This document shows positions 63,601-64,000 of a DNA stretch of 64,000 nucleotides, in pieces; position 1 is the first letter of the stretch; the number at the start of each line of letters is the position of its first letter. Position numbers and translations under genes: made by a program. The notes beneath the pieces were generated by a model. That model saw only the letters and a program-made list of their open reading frames with translations, made no database searches and had not been told where the DNA came from. This DNA is from the human T2T-CHM13v2.0 reference genome, Homo sapiens, in the NCBI RefSeq assembly GCF_009914755.1, contig NC_060937.1. The stretch is one strand, 5' to 3'.

Positions 63601-64000
63601 TCAAATATATATTATATGCTGCACATAAAATATCAAAGTACCCAAAGTATGTGTTATATACTGTACATAAAATATCAAAGTACCCAATGTATATATTATA
63701 TACTGTACATAAAATATAAAATACCCCAAATATATATTATATGCTATACATAAAATATCAAAGTACACAAAATATGTATTATATACTGTACATAAAATAC
63801 CAAAGGACCCAAAATATATATTATATACTGTACATAAAATATCAAAATACCCAAAATATATATTATATACTGTACATAAAATACCAAAGTACCCAAAGTA
63901 TATATTATATACCGTACAAAAAATATCAAAGTAGCCAAAATATGTATTATACACTGTACATAATATATGAAAGTACCCAAACATTTATAATAAACTGTAC
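63601..64000 (+). repeat. Partial HOR copy 21, sharing private SNPs with copy 11
   Basis: ATTATAGTCGCC (just upstream), CCAATGTAT and ATGCTATAC variants also occur at about 31104, 31241 and 31300. Confidence 0.8.

Larger units (their letters stand above)
1..64000 (+). repeat. Human Satellite 1A (HSat1A / SAR / classical Satellite I) 42-bp tandem array, about 1,520 monomers, single orientation
   Basis: Consensus ACATAAAATATCAAAGT-ACCCAAAATATATATTATATACTGT repeats from end to end. It matches the known 17-bp A + 25-bp B Satellite I unit with two GTAC (RsaI) sites per monomer. Consensus composition is A21 T13 C6 G2. No unique sequence or inversion was seen. Confidence 0.97.

Noticed and set aside
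217-63984. Hundreds of 60-203 aa ORFs rich in Y/I/L/F/C on both strands
   Set aside because: 42 bp = 14 codons, so stop-free frames of the consensus translate to repeating 14-aa motifs (YFGYFDILCTVYNI, YQSTQNIYYILYIK). The ORFs overlap in several frames, are broken by random indels and resemble no real protein family.
1-64000. CRISPR-like pattern of a conserved ACTGTACATAAAATATCAAAGTAC core alternating with more variable segments
   Set aside because: The variable parts are point variants of one consensus, not unique spacers. There are no cas genes or leader, and the unit matches a known human satellite.
1-64000. Embedded Alu/L1 fragments, HSat1B identity, strand inversions or telomeric/alpha-satellite islands
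   Set aside because: No GC-rich or non-satellite segment and no reverse-orientation monomers were seen on read-through. HSat1B is a ~2.4-kb Alu-containing unit, so the 2,428/2,470-bp lengths here are coincidental deletion variants.

Overview
The whole 64-kb window is one uninterrupted, single-orientation tandem array of the 42-bp AT-rich human classical Satellite I (HSat1A, also called SAR). The consensus ACATAAAATATCAAAGT + ACCCAAAATATATATTATATACTGT is the classic 17-bp A / 25-bp B alternation, 81% AT, giving about 1,520 monomers. I found no genes, transposons, RNA genes or CRISPR arrays. The ORFs arise because 42 bp equals 14 codons. The array is strongly hierarchical. Monomers are grouped into six sub-blocks, each ending in a CATTTATAATAAA variant monomer. 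These build a higher-order repeat (HOR) in two base forms: 79 monomers (~3,307 bp, 'L') and 72 monomers (3,013 bp, 'S'). Twenty complete HOR copies are present, and their length variants (2,428, 2,470, 2,764, 3,013, 3,306-3,318, 3,473/3,474, 4,096/4,101 bp) differ by whole numbers of monomers. On top of this sit a 2,764-bp tandem duplication and a near-identical 13,058-bp tandem super-repeat with small conversion-like patches. The most intriguing functional hypothesis is that most monomers carry a + strand Pumilio response element (UGUANAUA), with periodic AAUAAA signals. All lengths were derived by hand from ORF-track offsets and read-through, not by alignment.
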